From the NCBI RefSeq assembly GCF_001194135.2, contig NC_068982.1, positions 175,523,593 through 175,587,592 on the forward strand: a stretch of DNA of 64,000 nucleotides, given 5' to 3'. The notes under the pieces are model-generated. The model ran no database searches and was not told where the DNA came from. It saw nothing but the letters and a program-made list of their open reading frames with translations. Below, piece by piece: positions 1 to 13,830 of this stretch (position 1 is its first letter; every line of letters starts with the position of its first letter). A program made the position numbers and the translations under genes. The stretch comes from Octopus bimaculoides (Eukaryota).

Positions 1-305
1 TATATAAGGATAAAGGTGAAACCAAATATTGAAATTATGAATGCAGTTAATGCACATGTTTCTAAGCAGTTATGTAAGATAACCCTTACATAACTACTAG
101 AAACGTGTGTATTAAATGCATTTAAAATATTCAACAATTGGTTTTGTGTCTTTATACTCATATTATGCATCTTCTTTTCACAACCATCTAACCTTTGAGA
201 ATATTAGTTAATACAACAAAGTTATAGGAGTGTAATGATTAATTGGACTTGAGTTAAAAGGTTCTGGTAAAGTATATTGCATCAAACCACAACACTACAT
301 ACACA

Positions 306-467
306 CATCATCATCATCATCATCATCATCGTTTAATGTCCGCTTTCCATGCTAGCATGGGTTGGACGATTTGACTGAGGACTGGTGAAACCGGATGACA
401 ACACCAGGCTCCAATCTAATTTGGCAGAGTTTCTACAGCTGGATGCCCTTCCTAACGCCAACCACTC
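306..467 (-). mobile_element. RTE-type retroelement 3' end with (GAT)n tail (abundant dispersed repeat)
   Basis: Minus strand reads ...GGCGTTAGGAAGGGCATCCAGCTGTAGAAACTCTGCCAAATTAGATTGGAGCCTGG...GTCCAACCCATGCTAGCATGGAAAGCGGACATTAAACGATGATGAT. Near-identical copies lie at 40908-41052, 57340-57507 and 56201-56260; diverged copies at about 2302, 4325, 9220-9845, 16483, 21980, 24120, 25687, 29500, 35930 and 36150. Confidence 0.8.
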
Positions 468-2039
468 GGCTATGTGGTTTGTTATGCAACCAGGTATTTG
501 GGGTTCAGCCTCACTAGCACTTTGAACAAGTATCCTTCTGCTATGGAATTCTGGGTAGTAGATTTAATAGACTGAAGCTGAAAGAAACCAGACATGTGTG
601 TGTGCAATGAAAATTATATTAGTGAAAACAATATAAAATATTTAAAGATTATACACATGAACTTATACATACATGTGAATCTGTACACACACACATGTAT
701 GCATGCATGTGTGTGCATTTCCTAGAATAAATTCAGCATTTTCCTTGCATCTTCATTTAGATTAGTAAATCATAAATAGATACAGAAATGTACACAAAAA
801 TGTGAAAAACAAGTTTTCTAAATATATATATATACATATCTATACAAACACAAGCATATTCATACAAAAACCTGCATGATCCTGATATTTATCATAAGCT
901 TCTCTTTTCACAGTACTAACTCGAGATTTATGATACCACATAAATTCACATTTATACCAATAATTATTAGGTACATTTGGGTATGTTGGTAAATGTATAA
1001 TTGACAATGTGGAAAAGCTAAGATTATTGGGCTAAGAAAGTGACCAGCTAATAAACACTTAAGAGATGCAACCAGTAAGAATAGTAAAATTAAACAAGAC
1101 TTTTCTTAAGTCCAACCTATCATCGTTATCATAGAAATACTGGTAATGGAAGTTTGCTTCTTTGCTAGAAGCAAGCGCTTTTTTTTTTTTGTAAAAAGAA
1201 ATCAAATATTTAAAAAAGGAAGAAAACAAATACATTTAATCATTTTTACATGTACATGTATGCATAAGTGAAAAGAAAACTACACCAATGGAATAATTGA
1301 TAAAAAAGGAAACAAATATTCAACAAGCAAACCCTATATTTCAATCACCACAACCAAGACAATCTCTATTCTCAAACTGATGAAAGAATAGTAAAATATT
1401 CAAACATTAAATTAAAAGTTGCAAAAAAAAGAAGAAAAAATCCCCCAGAAAAAGAAACTTTGTAGTACTTACATATTTTAATATGGCAAGAAAAGTATTC
1501 CAAATGATTGTATAGGTAACTGTCAAATAAAAACATGAAAGAAAATATATAAATAAGTAAACAAAAATGTATTTATGAATTATTTTGTTACCTCTCTCTC
1601 TCATGAGAGGGGTAACAGTTTCATGAATGAAAATTCTGTTGTTTGACCAACTGAATTACTTGCTCATTGAATTAACATGCAAGTGGTTGAGCATTCCATA
1701 GACAGGTGTACCTTTAACATAATTCACAGAGTGTGACAAAACTATATCTTTGAATTACAGCTACAATCCATACAATGGGTTTCTATACAGTTTCCATCTA
1801 TCCAACTTTACTGACAGTGTATGGGACAACCCTCAGCTGTGAAAAATGTCAAGTATCCAAGATGCTATGCAGTGGGACTGACATAGCATGTTGCAAAGTG
1901 AGCTTCTTAATAATTTGGGTATATTGTACCAGTACACACACATAAACACATACATACACACACATGGGTGGAAGGGAAAACTAGAGGTGGAAATTAGGTG
2001 AGGAGACCAATCCCAGGTTTGCCTAGATGGGACGGTCTT

Positions 2040-2295
2040 CCTGAGTACTGCATACTACAAATCATTCTGCCATTTGTCCTTTTCTCCATGAGGTTCAAAG
2101 TCCTGTGATTAGCCTTCACTACTGAGTTCCATGTCTTCTGGGGTTTCCCCTCTTCCACAAGTTCCATCCATTTGCAGTGATCAGCACTTTTTTATACAGC
2201 TGTCCGCATTCATATGCATCACATGTCCATATCAGTGCAGTTTTCTTTCTTGTACACTACATCCAATTCCTCTTATGTCTAATTTTGCTCTCAAT
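2040..2295 (-). mobile_element. RTE LINE ORF2 C-terminal relic
   Basis: Degenerate minus-strand translation resembles the RTE C-terminus (..YGHVMHMNADSC..DGTCGRG.P.KTW..VVKA..RTLNL). Confidence 0.6.
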
Positions 2296-2609
2296 ATATT
2301 TCATCATCACCATCATCATTTAACATTCGTTGTCCTTGCTGGCATGGGTTGGAAGGTTTGACCAGGGCTGGTAAGCAGGAAGGTTGCACCAGAATCCAGT
2401 CTGATTTGGCATGGTTTCTATGGCTGGATGCCTTTCCTAACACCAAACACTCAGAGTATAACGGGTGCTTTTATGTGCCAGTTGCGTGATACCAGTATCT
2501 GCTACGACTGTGATTTTACTTGGCTTGACGGGTCTTCTTCTCAAGCATAACATAATGCTAAAAGTCTTAGTCATTGCCTCTGTGAGGCCCAACACTTGAA
2601 AGGAGCTTT

Positions 2610-3200
2610 TTACATGGGTTGGACGATTTGACTGAGGACTGACGAACTAGATGGCCTGCACCAGGCTCCAATCTGATCTGGCAAAGTTTTTACAGTTGGA
2701 TGCCCTTCCTAACAACAACCTCTCCAAGAGTGTAATGGGTGCTTTTACGTGCCACCGGTACGAGGGCCAGTCAGGAAGTACTGGCAATGGCCACGCTCAA
2801 GTGGTGTTTTTTACGTGCCACCTGCACAGGAGCCAGTCCAGCGGCACTGGCAATGACCTCGCTCGAGGGCCAGTAAGGCAGCACTGGTAACAAACACGTT
2901 CGAATGGTGCTTTTTACGTGCCTCCAGCACGGAAGCCAGTGAGCTGCTCTCAGCGCTCCATTGGCATGGGTGCCAGTCACCGAATTTGCGAATTTGATTT
3001 GATTTCAATTTCACTTGTCTCAATAGGTTTTTGCAAGCAGAGTTTAGTGTCCAATGAAGGAAAGTACGCATAAGTGGGCTGGTTACACCTCTGGCATAGG
3101 CCACTTGTTATGGTCTCACTTGGCTTGCCAGGTCTTCTCATGCACAGCATATTTCCAAAGGTTTTGGTCACTAGTCATTGCCTCGGTGAGGCCTAATGTT
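2610..3200 (-). mobile_element. 5'-truncated RTE LINE 3' end: ORF C-terminus plus 3' UTR with ~65-nt tandem hairpin units
   Basis: 3200-3120 translates TLGLTEAMTSDQNLWKYAVHEKTWQAK*. It is followed by a UTR, 3-4 tandem units (GTGCTTTTACGTGCCACC..GCCAGT..ACTGGC on +) and the same tail as 306-467. Confidence 0.7.
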
Positions 3201-3721
3201 TGATATTTGATTAGTTGTTCCTCTTCATTGTCTCCTTCTACACACAAGATAAAACTCCCACTTTATTGCAATTTGTCCTTGTAATGCCCACCCACCATTA
3301 TAAAAAAAAAAAAAAATCATCCTTATTAGTTGACTCAAATAACAACCAACTGAAAATAACATACTGCACACAGTGTTTTCATTTTAAACATCACTTTCTA
3401 ATATTTATTTATTAGTTTGTTTATCTATTTACTTTTGCCAACTCTATGAAATATTAGCAACTAGGTTGCAATGTCCTGTGCTGCCAAAAACAACAATCTT
3501 TTTAAATGTCGGGCAATGACACCGAGTCTTGCTGAAGGCACTCCACCACCAGACAAATCTAACCAGCAACAATGCAAAACCACCCCAGTCACTTAATAAA
3601 ATCTTCCCTCCTTTGCTGAATGGAGAAGCAAGCACAAATAACTGCACAGTGAAAACATATTTGACTGAACTGTTTGGCTATCTATCTGTCTGCTTCCCCT
3701 TTTGTGTGTGTGTGGTGTGTA

Positions 3722-3755
<34 letters not shown>

Positions 3756-4799
3756 CATATGTACACACACACACACACACACAACGTTATTAGCAAATTT
3801 TCCTATGTTTTGATTAACTTTAAAGGTTGCTGGCAATGACAGTGCAGAAAATGTCATCTGTTAGAGGAAGAATAAGCTGCAGACTTGTGGTGCTAACACA
3901 ACCTAACTGAAAGTGCATGCATGAACATTAAAGACCCTTGTAAGTTAGTCACTGATACCACTGCCACCACTACCACCACCACCACCACAGTCACCACCAT
4001 TATTCCTACTACCATTGCCGCTATCACTGCTGTCTCTACTTTCACCAGTGTAACCACTACAACCACTACAACTATTATTACTACTATCACTACTGCCATA
4101 ACCACTACCAACAAGACCATTATTTTCAACATCATCTTCAGTTCCACAGAAACCTATTGATTAAATATTTAACATTGAAGAAACATTGAAAACAAATTGT
4201 TTCATATTAAGAAAATAAATTAAATTCTTTTTTTTTAATAATTAATCGAGAGATACTCAAATTCTTATGACTACACTCCTATTATTTTCGTTTTTATTAT
4301 TATTTTTATTATGCACATTACTGTCATCATTTAACATCCGTTCTCCATGATGGAATGGGTTGGACAGTTTGATAGGAGCTGGCAAGTAAAAAGACTGTTA
4401 AGCTTTACTATCTGCACTGGCATGGTTTCTATAACTGGATGCCCTACCCTCTTCATCATAAAACCCACCATCTCCACCATATTTGAATGCTTTGGTTTGC
4501 TTAGCCATCAACCCTCTCAAGAAAGGATTGAAAGTTACAACATCTCATCTTAGAATACCGGAAGATATCCTCATTCACAACAATACAATTATTATCATTG
4601 TTGTTAATGCTAATGTCCTTACAATCATCACTGACTACTTCATTTCCCTTATACTGTTAATGCTTATAAGAAAGCCTACATTGTACTCCAGTCTCTGAAA
4701 ACATCTCGGGTTTGGTGACTGCAAAATATCCTTAGCATCCTCAGGAAAGGCTTTAATCTCACAACTAAACACTCTTCCTCCATCATTGCAACTGCCATC

Positions 4800-6400
4800 A
4801 TTATTGGCATTTTATGCTTGTTTTTCTAAACTCGCAAGAGTTGGACAGGTCTTCAGTACCGGGTTGTGTCACTTGTTGCAGTTATTTGCCATCTCTGTTG
4901 TGAGGTTCAATCTCTTAAAATCAACTTTCATAACTTTTTACCGTATCATATTTCATCTTCCTTTCTTTCACTTGGATTGCTCCATGTCTTTACTAAACCA
5001 TCATCTCCCATATGCATCACATGTTCACATTGATGAACTCTACACTTTTCATATGCTATATCTAAATCCTCTTATATCCAGTTATCCTCTCAGCTCAGTT
5101 TTTGCTTCATCATTCATACATATCAACATTACACATCCTGTGAAATATGCATTCATTTCTTTTCAGCCTTCACATTTTCCCTGTTCAATGTCCTTGTTTT
5201 TCTGGTATTCAACACTCACTTACACAAAAGCATCATAAAATCTATCCTTTCCCCAGAAAGAATTCCTCTGTTGACTGTATAAGTAATTTTTTTCTACTTT
5301 GCTTTTACCCTGGATACTATGCTTTTGGAACATTATCTTTCATTCACTGTTAATTAGGTCACTAGGTAAGAGAAGCTATCAGGTATTTTTTTTTTATATA
5401 TATCATAGCTGAATAGCTATGATAAAAAGAAGGCGTAACTGAGAATTGAGCTCTGGTAAGACACCTATTTGCATGCCAGATTCTCTACTGAACTCATTGC
5501 TAACTCTCATGCAGATAATATCTCTCCATACAGTTTGTACATTTCTTGCAAACCACTCATTTATACCTACTTCTCTCAGCATTATTCAGACTGCAGTGCA
5601 TGAAACTTCAACAAAGGCCTTCTCCCACAATGAATGCTTAGTCTTTACCAAAAACTTATCCAATAGATATCTCACTAAAAAGAGAACACAAACTTGAACT
5701 ATGCTTTATCTAAGCTGATTTTCTTCTTAATTAGTTGTGCTGTAACTCTTTTTGTTACTTTCATCACTTGTTTAATTAATTTGATGCTTCTGAGGATATT
5801 GTGAATAATCTCTTCCTGTACAACCTGTTGACTGTGCAAGTAACTGGTGTATATCTTACATCACTGAATATTTTCAGCATCTTAGTGCTTCCCTGAAAGT
5901 GGAGTTGCTTTCCTTGCCTTCACATCCTTAATGACCAAATGGCTACTTTAAACATATCTCACACGATTTCAATAGCCGACAGCCATGTTGAGTCTCCTTG
6001 GGATTGTTTCATCTCTCCCATAAATTCTTTTATTCAGCAGTTTCTTGCAGCAGTATTTCCATGCCATTTTCATCTTGGCATCAGTGAAGGCATGTGCAGC
6101 TATGATAACAAACATTTTACTTACACCATCTTGATTTATACTGCCATACGACTTTGTAATCCCAAATACTTCACACTTCTGATCCTCATGTCATAGAACA
6201 TTGACAAATTTCTTACTTTCTGCTTCACTTCTTGCTATGTACCATTGATGTTTAGCTTCTGTCATAGCTACATGTTGTTATCTTTTCCAAGCATTTTATG
6301 GCTCTGTCTACTATATTATTCCCTATGTCACCAGGTTGAGACCTTGCTCCAGCCATAGATGTGGTCTCTGCCTCACAACATGTCTTACAGAAACTCTCAG
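4800..6400 (-). mobile_element. Decayed RTE LINE, reverse-transcriptase region
   Basis: Minus-strand translation near 5680-5450 gives FLVRYLLDKFLVKTKHSL..EKAF..*IMLREVGINEWFARNVQ..RVSNEFS..QIGV, which matches the RTE RT pattern (FLVRQLQEK..DLEKAFD..RKLG.DEWL). Many stops and frameshifts. Confidence 0.65.
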
Positions 6401-7654
6401 TTTTCTTCTATATTACATGTCTCTTGTCTCTTCCTCTGCTGCAAAATGTATTTCACCTAGTACTCATTTAGTATCTATGTACCTCAATGTTCTCGTGTAC
6501 AACACTGTTTTTAAATCAAATCCTTTCTTTAGAAATCTAAATGTGAACAATGAACAAATGTCTACATTTAAACAGAACACAGGTGCATAATTAAAGAAAA
6601 TACAAAAACCTGATAAAAATCTGACAAACTGTATACCAGAGTTCCACCTTTTTTTTATTTCTAGTCTTTTTGAATCAGTAATGAAACTTGTAGGTAAATA
6701 TAAACATTAACAATGTTTTTATTTTCTCATTATAGCTTACATTTCTCCAACATTGAGAGTTGTTTCTCTACATATTTTCAACCAAAGGCAGACTAGTCAC
6801 CCTGTTAATCATCTATGGGTAAACTCTGATGATCCAGTTACGTACATCCAATTAATATGTAGCTAATGGCATATCAACATGCAACATTTCAGATTGTAAC
6901 TTTTGTTTGTAAATTTTGATTGAGCAAACCTATAATCAAATGTGTTGTAACCAGGATGATATTCTTTAACGGTATTCAGAACTACATTGTCTCATATGTC
7001 CATTTTATAACATAGTAATGCATGATTTGAGAGATATATGGAAATATTTCTAATAGGTTAAATGATCATAGGTTTTTTTTTTTTTTTGGTCATGTACTGA
7101 GAGTGGAAATGGTAGCAGCTGATATTTTTCAATAATCATAATGCTAGCAAGTTAAATTAAATGTGAAATGCTGGCAGAAGGCCACACAATTTGACAGTTG
7201 ATGAAAGTTGATGAAATCCTCCCTGGCACTTGAAATGGTGCTTATGTCACCCACTACCTAGATAATAATAATTATAATCAAGACGATAATGATTTCTTGC
7301 ATTGGGATAAAACCACAGGCTTATAAAGGAACAGTGTAATTCACAGAATTGGTCCCAGTACATGTCTGTTAAATATTCTAGATGTAGAGATGCAGTTAAG
7401 GCATTCAGGCTAACAAGCTACCATTTCTGTCAATCCCAATGACCTTTCCAAAAGCTGTTGACTTAATATCTGTCTCAAGAGCATTAACAGTATAAGTAAG
7501 TCAAATGGCTTCAACAAGTGATAAATCTATACTACAGTCTTAGCATTCCAGGAGCTGGCTCTTGTACCACAATACTATGTGAGTGGTGACTATAAAATAC
7601 CAGGGGTTGTAATTTTGTGATGGTGAAATTAACTGAATGATGGCCTCCCAACCT

Positions 7655-7980
7655 CTTTGGTCATGAATGACCATGGCATTGCACCTAGAAAGTTGCCCTC
7701 TGAGGTACATGTCTGGGCAAGATCGTTTATGGAGGGCCAGTAGTCATCCACGCATACCAGCCTCCCCTCTCCATGCCACCAATGTTATCCAAGGGAAAAA
7801 CAAAAGCCAATACAGCTTGGCACCAGTGATATTGCAAGTCACCTCTACAGATGAGTGAACTGGAGTAACGAGAAATGAAGTGTCTTGCTGAAGAACACAA
7901 CACACAACCAGGTCTGGGAATTGAACTCACAACCTCATGATTGTGAACCTGATGCTCTAACCACTGAGTCATGCACCTTC
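7655..7980 (-). mobile_element. tRNA-derived SINE
   Basis: Minus-strand head with A box (TGACTCAGTGG) and B box (GAGTTCAATTCC), then the core TGTGTTCTTCAGCAAGACACTTCATTTC shared with 11970-12266 and 44270-44585. Confidence 0.75.
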
Positions 7981-9053
7981 ATTAGCCATGACAGAAATTT
8001 TGATGGTATTGGTGAGTACGATTATCCTAATATCAACAGTGATGCTTATGATGAAAGCGTTGATGAAGCAGATGAAATGACAACTAAATATTTGTACATC
8101 ACTGCTTTATGACTTACTATGGCCTTTAACACAGAATATCCTAGTGTAAATACCACTCTACTTGTGTGAATATGTATATATATATGCCTACATACTTGTG
8201 TATTTGTTTCTGACTTTTGTGCACAATATGCATGAATGCATGTATTTAAAGGGGTGAGAGACAATAAATGAACGGAAGATGTTTGTTAATTGTGCATATA
8301 TGTAGTGTCTTCGATATATTTGTGAATGTGCTGTGCATAAGAAAGTGTTTGTATCAACGTGCATAAGTGTATTTATCTATGTATGCATGTATGCATCTGT
8401 AGAGCACATTAAAGACATATTGTGTGCAGTTTATGTGTGTGAGTGTTTGAGAGAGAGAGTGTGTGTGTATGTGTGTGTGTGTGAGTGTAGCAATTATGTT
8501 TTGTGTTGATTATGGGTACGTATGCATATTTGCATTAATTGTGAATGTTGTGTGGATTGTGGATGCTGATTATGTCAGATGATATGTTTACATTTATGTG
8601 CATGTGTGTGAGAATGTGCATATTTGCATATACGTGCATGTGTGTGTGCACATGTGAACATAAATGTGAGGTCTTGGCAATGTATTACATGAAATGTTTT
8701 TAAATGTGGATGTGTGACTGCATTTCTATGTGTATTTATGAGATTACCATGCATCATGTGATTACTCAAAGTCAGCCCTGATCAAGCAGACCTATGACCA
8801 AGGGCATCTAGCTATGATCATTCTGTCTTCCCTTTTCAGACATGCTATCCAGTGTCCACTTTTTAAATACTATAGCAGGTGATTTGAAGGAGATTCAGTT
8901 GCTATATCTATCAGGTCAAATGACTATGTATTATATATATTTTTTTTGTGTGTGTATGTGCAGTGTGCGTGAGAGAGAGAGAGAGAGAGAGAGATAATGG
9001 GGGAAGAGAGAGAGAAAGAGAGAGAGAGAGANNNNNNNNNNAGATAATGGGGG

Positions 9054-9100
<47 letters not shown>

Positions 9101-9399
9101 ACACACACACACACAGACCTATGTACTCAAGAAGACATATACTCCACTGCAGAAGTGCTAAAGCCACTGCCCCTGGTAAAGAGGATCAGCCTGCAAAAGT
9201 CCTGTGTTGGGGTCAAGTAAAAAGCACTTGTGCCGGTGCCATGTCAAAACAATCATGTGATGGCATGAAAAAAAGCACCCAGCACACTCTGTAAAGTGAC
9301 TGACATTAGGAAGGGCACCCAGCCGTAGAAACCATGCTAAATCAGACTGGAGTCTGGTGCAGCCTCCCCATCTTGCTAGCTCTGGTCAAACCATCCAGC

Positions 9400-9795
9400 C
9401 AGCGCTGGATTAACCATTAAGCAAAATAAGCACATGCTTAGGAATCAAGGGATGGGGACACCACAGAAATGAAAATGGTCCGCCACATGAAAGAAATCAC
9501 TTTAAACTTGCTAAAGTAATATTCGTAATATAGAAGCAGAAGTTTTACATAAAATTAATTTTAACGATATCATCGAAGACTTTTCAATTAAAAGTGGAAG
9601 CAAACAAAAATAAACATTATTTTCCATCTTACTCTTAATTTTGTTACATTTTTGAAAAATAAGAATTTGTTTTATGGGTTATTATTGTTTACATTTTGAA
9701 TCATTTTTGTTTACATTTTGAACCATTTACGTATACTTGAGGGCACCAAAACCTTTTAAGTGTTTAGTACCTCTATGTGCCTTAATCTGGCTCTG
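9400..9795. mobile_element. hAT-like MITE nested in an RTE-tail repeat
   Basis: Imperfect TIRs CAGCGCTGGATTAA / TTAATCTGGCTCTG and an 8-bp TSD CATCCAGC (9392-9399) / CATCCAAC (9796-9803). The host repeat resumes on both sides. Confidence 0.6.
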
Positions 9796-11969
9796 CATCC
9801 AACCCATGCCAACAAGAAACACTGAAATTAAATGATGATGATGATATATGTGTAATATGTGTGTGTGTGCATATAATACAATTCAGTATGGGATAAATCC
9901 ATAGATTTTAGCCATCACTGCATTTATAAATTAATTAAATATATCAATTTACTTGATATGTGGAAACATATTCCTTTTTCTTTTTGATTTCTTTTGCAGT
10001 CTTAAAGGAATATTATGTGTTACATTTGAATAAACATTTTGTGCATGCATGTCACGTATAATAATTCAGTTAGGTGGTAGTGTACTAAATGACATATAAA
10101 AAAAATTCTCAATGAATTGAAATTTGCCACTTAATTGCAGAAAGAAACAAAAACCTGGTAGCAATTGTTAACAAATCTTTTAGAAGAAGGGAGATAATTT
10201 TCAGCTGTTAAGAATTGATTTCTTTAATTTAATTTAATTTTTATGGTTATTTGTGTTGTGCTTTCTATTGTGAGGTCTGTATGTTTAGATGTGAATCTGA
10301 ATGTATAAGTCAATATGCAAATGTATCATTGCATGCCTCTGTGTGTGCATGCATGTGCATACGTGTGTATGTATGTGTATGTTTGTTTGTATGCGCCTGT
10401 GTGAAATTACAAAACTTTAAATTGATAAATCAGCATTTGCTGCTCAGAAGCGAAAATTCAGAATTTCATGTATACAAAGGAATATAATTTCCTATTTATG
10501 GATGCTGCCACCAGAACCGTAATCATCACTGTAATGATGGCCACTAATGAGTCCAATCCCTATCACTTCTCACCACTCTTCCAATTACAGCAAATATTCC
10601 ATTAAAACATATAAACAAGAAATACTGTGAATGAGGAATTTCAGATAGAAACCTTCTAATTTGAATTTTTTCAGTTTTTTAAAACATTGTATAGCTTACA
10701 ACATTATGTATGTGTGTATTTGTGTGAGTGTGCATATTTATGTGTATATGTGGGACACTTATCATGTAGGTATAATTTATGTAATTTACCTAAAGAATTC
10801 TAATATAAATGAAGAGCAATGAGACACATGGCAAAAAAGAAATAAATACATAAATAGAAGATATTCAATAATCCACCTTATGTAATTATGATTTCACACA
10901 TTGGCTCAAAGACAAATATTTGAAGAAGAGGTTTAGCTTGGAGAGATGGAAAGTCAATTGCAGCGAGATGTGGAGTCAGAAATGAAACATTATGTAACAA
11001 AATACTGAAATGCTATTCACAAATCCCCTGCTCTTCCAGTTTAAATCATAATGATTTCTATCAGACACAAGGCCAAAATTTCAAGTTGTGCATGCTATAA
11101 ATAGCTATAAGCTACTGTTTCCCTTTATGGTCAAGAAAATTGGTAATCACAGATGAGTAATTACAGGGTTAAAATCTGGTGACAGTTTGGAGTAGACTCT
11201 GATGGATCAATTTTGAGTGAGGCCAGAGGATAAACTGCCAAGTCTAGTGGTGGGAGGGCATTGAATTCTACTGGGACATAGAAGATTTATTTAGAAAAGG
11301 AATACTGAGAATAATGCCTGCACAGCAGACAAGTGGTATGAAGCAATATAATTGACAATACAGGCAATTTTTTTTACCTTTAATTCTTCTCAATGTTTAT
11401 TGATTGGCATAGTCAAATTAACTGATGGTCTCAATATCATATGCTTATAGTCTTTATTTGGTAACCAAAGGTTATATGCAACAGATTAGGAGATTAAACA
11501 CTTTGAAACTACTCATATGAATGAGCCTTTTTTAGGGAAGTTTCATAAACAGCTTAGTTACTGACAGAGTATTAGAATGTATAAAGCATACAGGTCAATT
11601 GAAGATGGAGTAGAAACAAATGCTCACATTTGAAAAGATATTCATTTTTCTTACACTGGAAACAAGCAGTATACCAGGGCTAGATACAAGTTGCAAAAAT
11701 GTCATGGAAAATTTCATCAAGGAACAGATGTGCTAGATGTCCTTTTAGAAACCTGATTAATTTCAGAATTCAAAAATTCTTAAGTCATCTTGATGGAAGC
11801 AAATTTTCTACTTCAAGAGCAGAACGATAAGCTTGAGAATATTTCATAGTCATTTCCAATGTATAGACATGATTTATGACTGAAGTCAAAGCTAGAGTTT
11901 TATTTTCTAGTAGGCTAGTTTGTATACGGGCAAGGGAGATTCGATTTATGAATGAGTCACTAATACTTT

Positions 11970-12266
11970 GGAGATGCATGGCTTAGTGGTTAGAGTATTG
12001 GACTCATGATCGTAAGATTGTAGTTTTGATTCCTGGACCAGGCAATGGGTTGCGTTCTTGAGCAAAACACTTCATTTCATGTAGCTCTAGTCCACTCAGC
12101 TGTAGAAATGAGTACCACTAGTGGAGGCGCATTGCTTAGTGGTTAGGGTGTTGGATTCATGACCATAAGATTGTGGTTTCGATCCCTGGACTGGGCAAGC
12201 CATTGTGTTCTTGAGCAAAAACTTTTTATTTCATGTTGCTCCAGTCCACTCAGCTGTAGAAATGAA
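11970..12266 (+). mobile_element. Two tandem tRNA-derived SINE heads with core
   Basis: Units start at 11970 and 12123 (TGGCTTAGTGGTTAG..GTTTCGATCCC..TTCTTGAGCAAAA..CCACTCAGCTGTAGAAATGA). Confidence 0.75.
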
Positions 12267-13695
12267 TTTAGCTGGTCTCTACCAGGCTTTCTCGACCAAG
12301 ATACGCTGCATGGCTGCAGCGTCACTAATGACCCCCAGATGGTTAAGGAACTTGTCATCGTCACTAATACATTTTGTTTCTATATGTGTTAGTCAAGAGA
12401 TCTTAAGTATTGAGTAACAAACTCTGCAAGTAATTGTTTGTGAGTGACAAGCTTGTGCCACACTACAACTTCTTTTGTTGGCTGAATGAAAGTGACGCAC
12501 TCAGAAATAATTTCAAAATTTTCTAGAGAAAAGGAGTTTGTTAGGATCCCTAGATAACATCCACTAGCTCCTTTTGATGTAGTTACATACTGAACGTAAT
12601 CAAGCAAACAATGTTTAAAGGTGCATGAAACTTCAATTGCTCTGGGTACCATATTGAGATTTTTAGGTTATATCTATATTCCATTCTGAGAACAAATTCA
12701 ATCAAATTATAATAATGACAATCAATTTAAATGATTTAAAAGTCCCACTGACATCTACTGCCAAAACTATAGGATCTGTGGTTTACAGGAGTATTTATAG
12801 CAGTAAAAGGTGGGTAGTAAGTGCAGAATTGCATAGCGATATGACAACCATTACTATTATTATAAATAACATTATTTACATAAAATTATTACATGCATTT
12901 TGATAGTTGCTACCAGAATAACTTTGTGGATCTGCATAGTTATGAGTTTATGTATGTTTTTGCTTTTTGTTTCCCAACTCAATTTCATTTAATACATTCT
13001 TGTGTGTGAGTGTGTTTATGTATTTGTAGTTTACTTGAACTGAATAATCCTATCTTGTCACGGAGATACAACTTTTGCAAATAACAAATAAGCAAACATA
13101 TATACATATTAGCTGGGACACAGGTCAACTTCTATCAGCAAATTCTCGCAGCAAGATAGTATGTATGCACCTGAGTGTATGTGTGTGTTTACACATACAC
13201 ATATGCTAACACAAACATACAAACATGTCAATAGATAATTATATGAAAGCATGTGGCCTAATGATTAAAAAGTTGGAATCATGAATGCAAGGTTAAGGGT
13301 TTGTTTCAGAGATTGGGTGGGATGCTGTATCTTTGAGCAAGTTACTTCATTTTACGTTGCTTCAGTCTACTTAACTATAAAATGAATACCAGTCAAGTGT
13401 TGGGGAAATCCTCTTCTTTGGAGAAGCTAAAAGAGTGTCCATATTTGCTCAAAACTATATGGGCATCTCAAACCAAAAGTATGTTATATCTTACCAAATC
13501 ATATTTGCTCGCAAGCGATGGCCCTGGTTGGTTGGAATATATATTAGGTATTATATGTGCGTGCATATAATTAAATATATACACAAACATACATATAGAG
13601 GGACTTAAATATTCACATACACAAACAGATATCAAAATCGTCATCATTTAACACCAGGTTCTCCATGTTGGCATAGATCATATACATACACATCC

Positions 13696-13733
<38 letters not shown>

Positions 13734-13830
13734 TTATATAAGGGCATTACTATACATGAATGCTTTCCAAACACATGGTTCCAGGTTCAGTCCCACTGCA
13801 TGGCATCTTAGTCAAGTGTCTTCTACTATA

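Noticed and set aside
373-400. CTGAGGA-CTGGT-GAAACCGG in the RTE tail looks like a hammerhead core
   Set aside because: Only 5 nt lie between the core halves so stem II cannot form, U16.1 is missing, and other copies (2635, 16525, 57400) do not conserve GAAAC.
1377-1410. CTGATGA..GAATA/TATTC..AAACATT, a possible CpG-decayed HHR
   Set aside because: No stem I pairing and G12 is absent; plausible by chance in AT-rich DNA.
2738-2870. TTTACGT loop reminiscent of HDV/CPEB3 ribozyme L3
   Set aside because: I could not build the nested double pseudoknot (no P1/P2 order, no P1.1, no J4/2); it folds as simple hairpins.
11150-12700. Possible L1/Tx1-like LINE relic split by SINEs
   Set aside because: Only faint motif resemblance (VGG..N, ..RAR..), too weak to call without a search.
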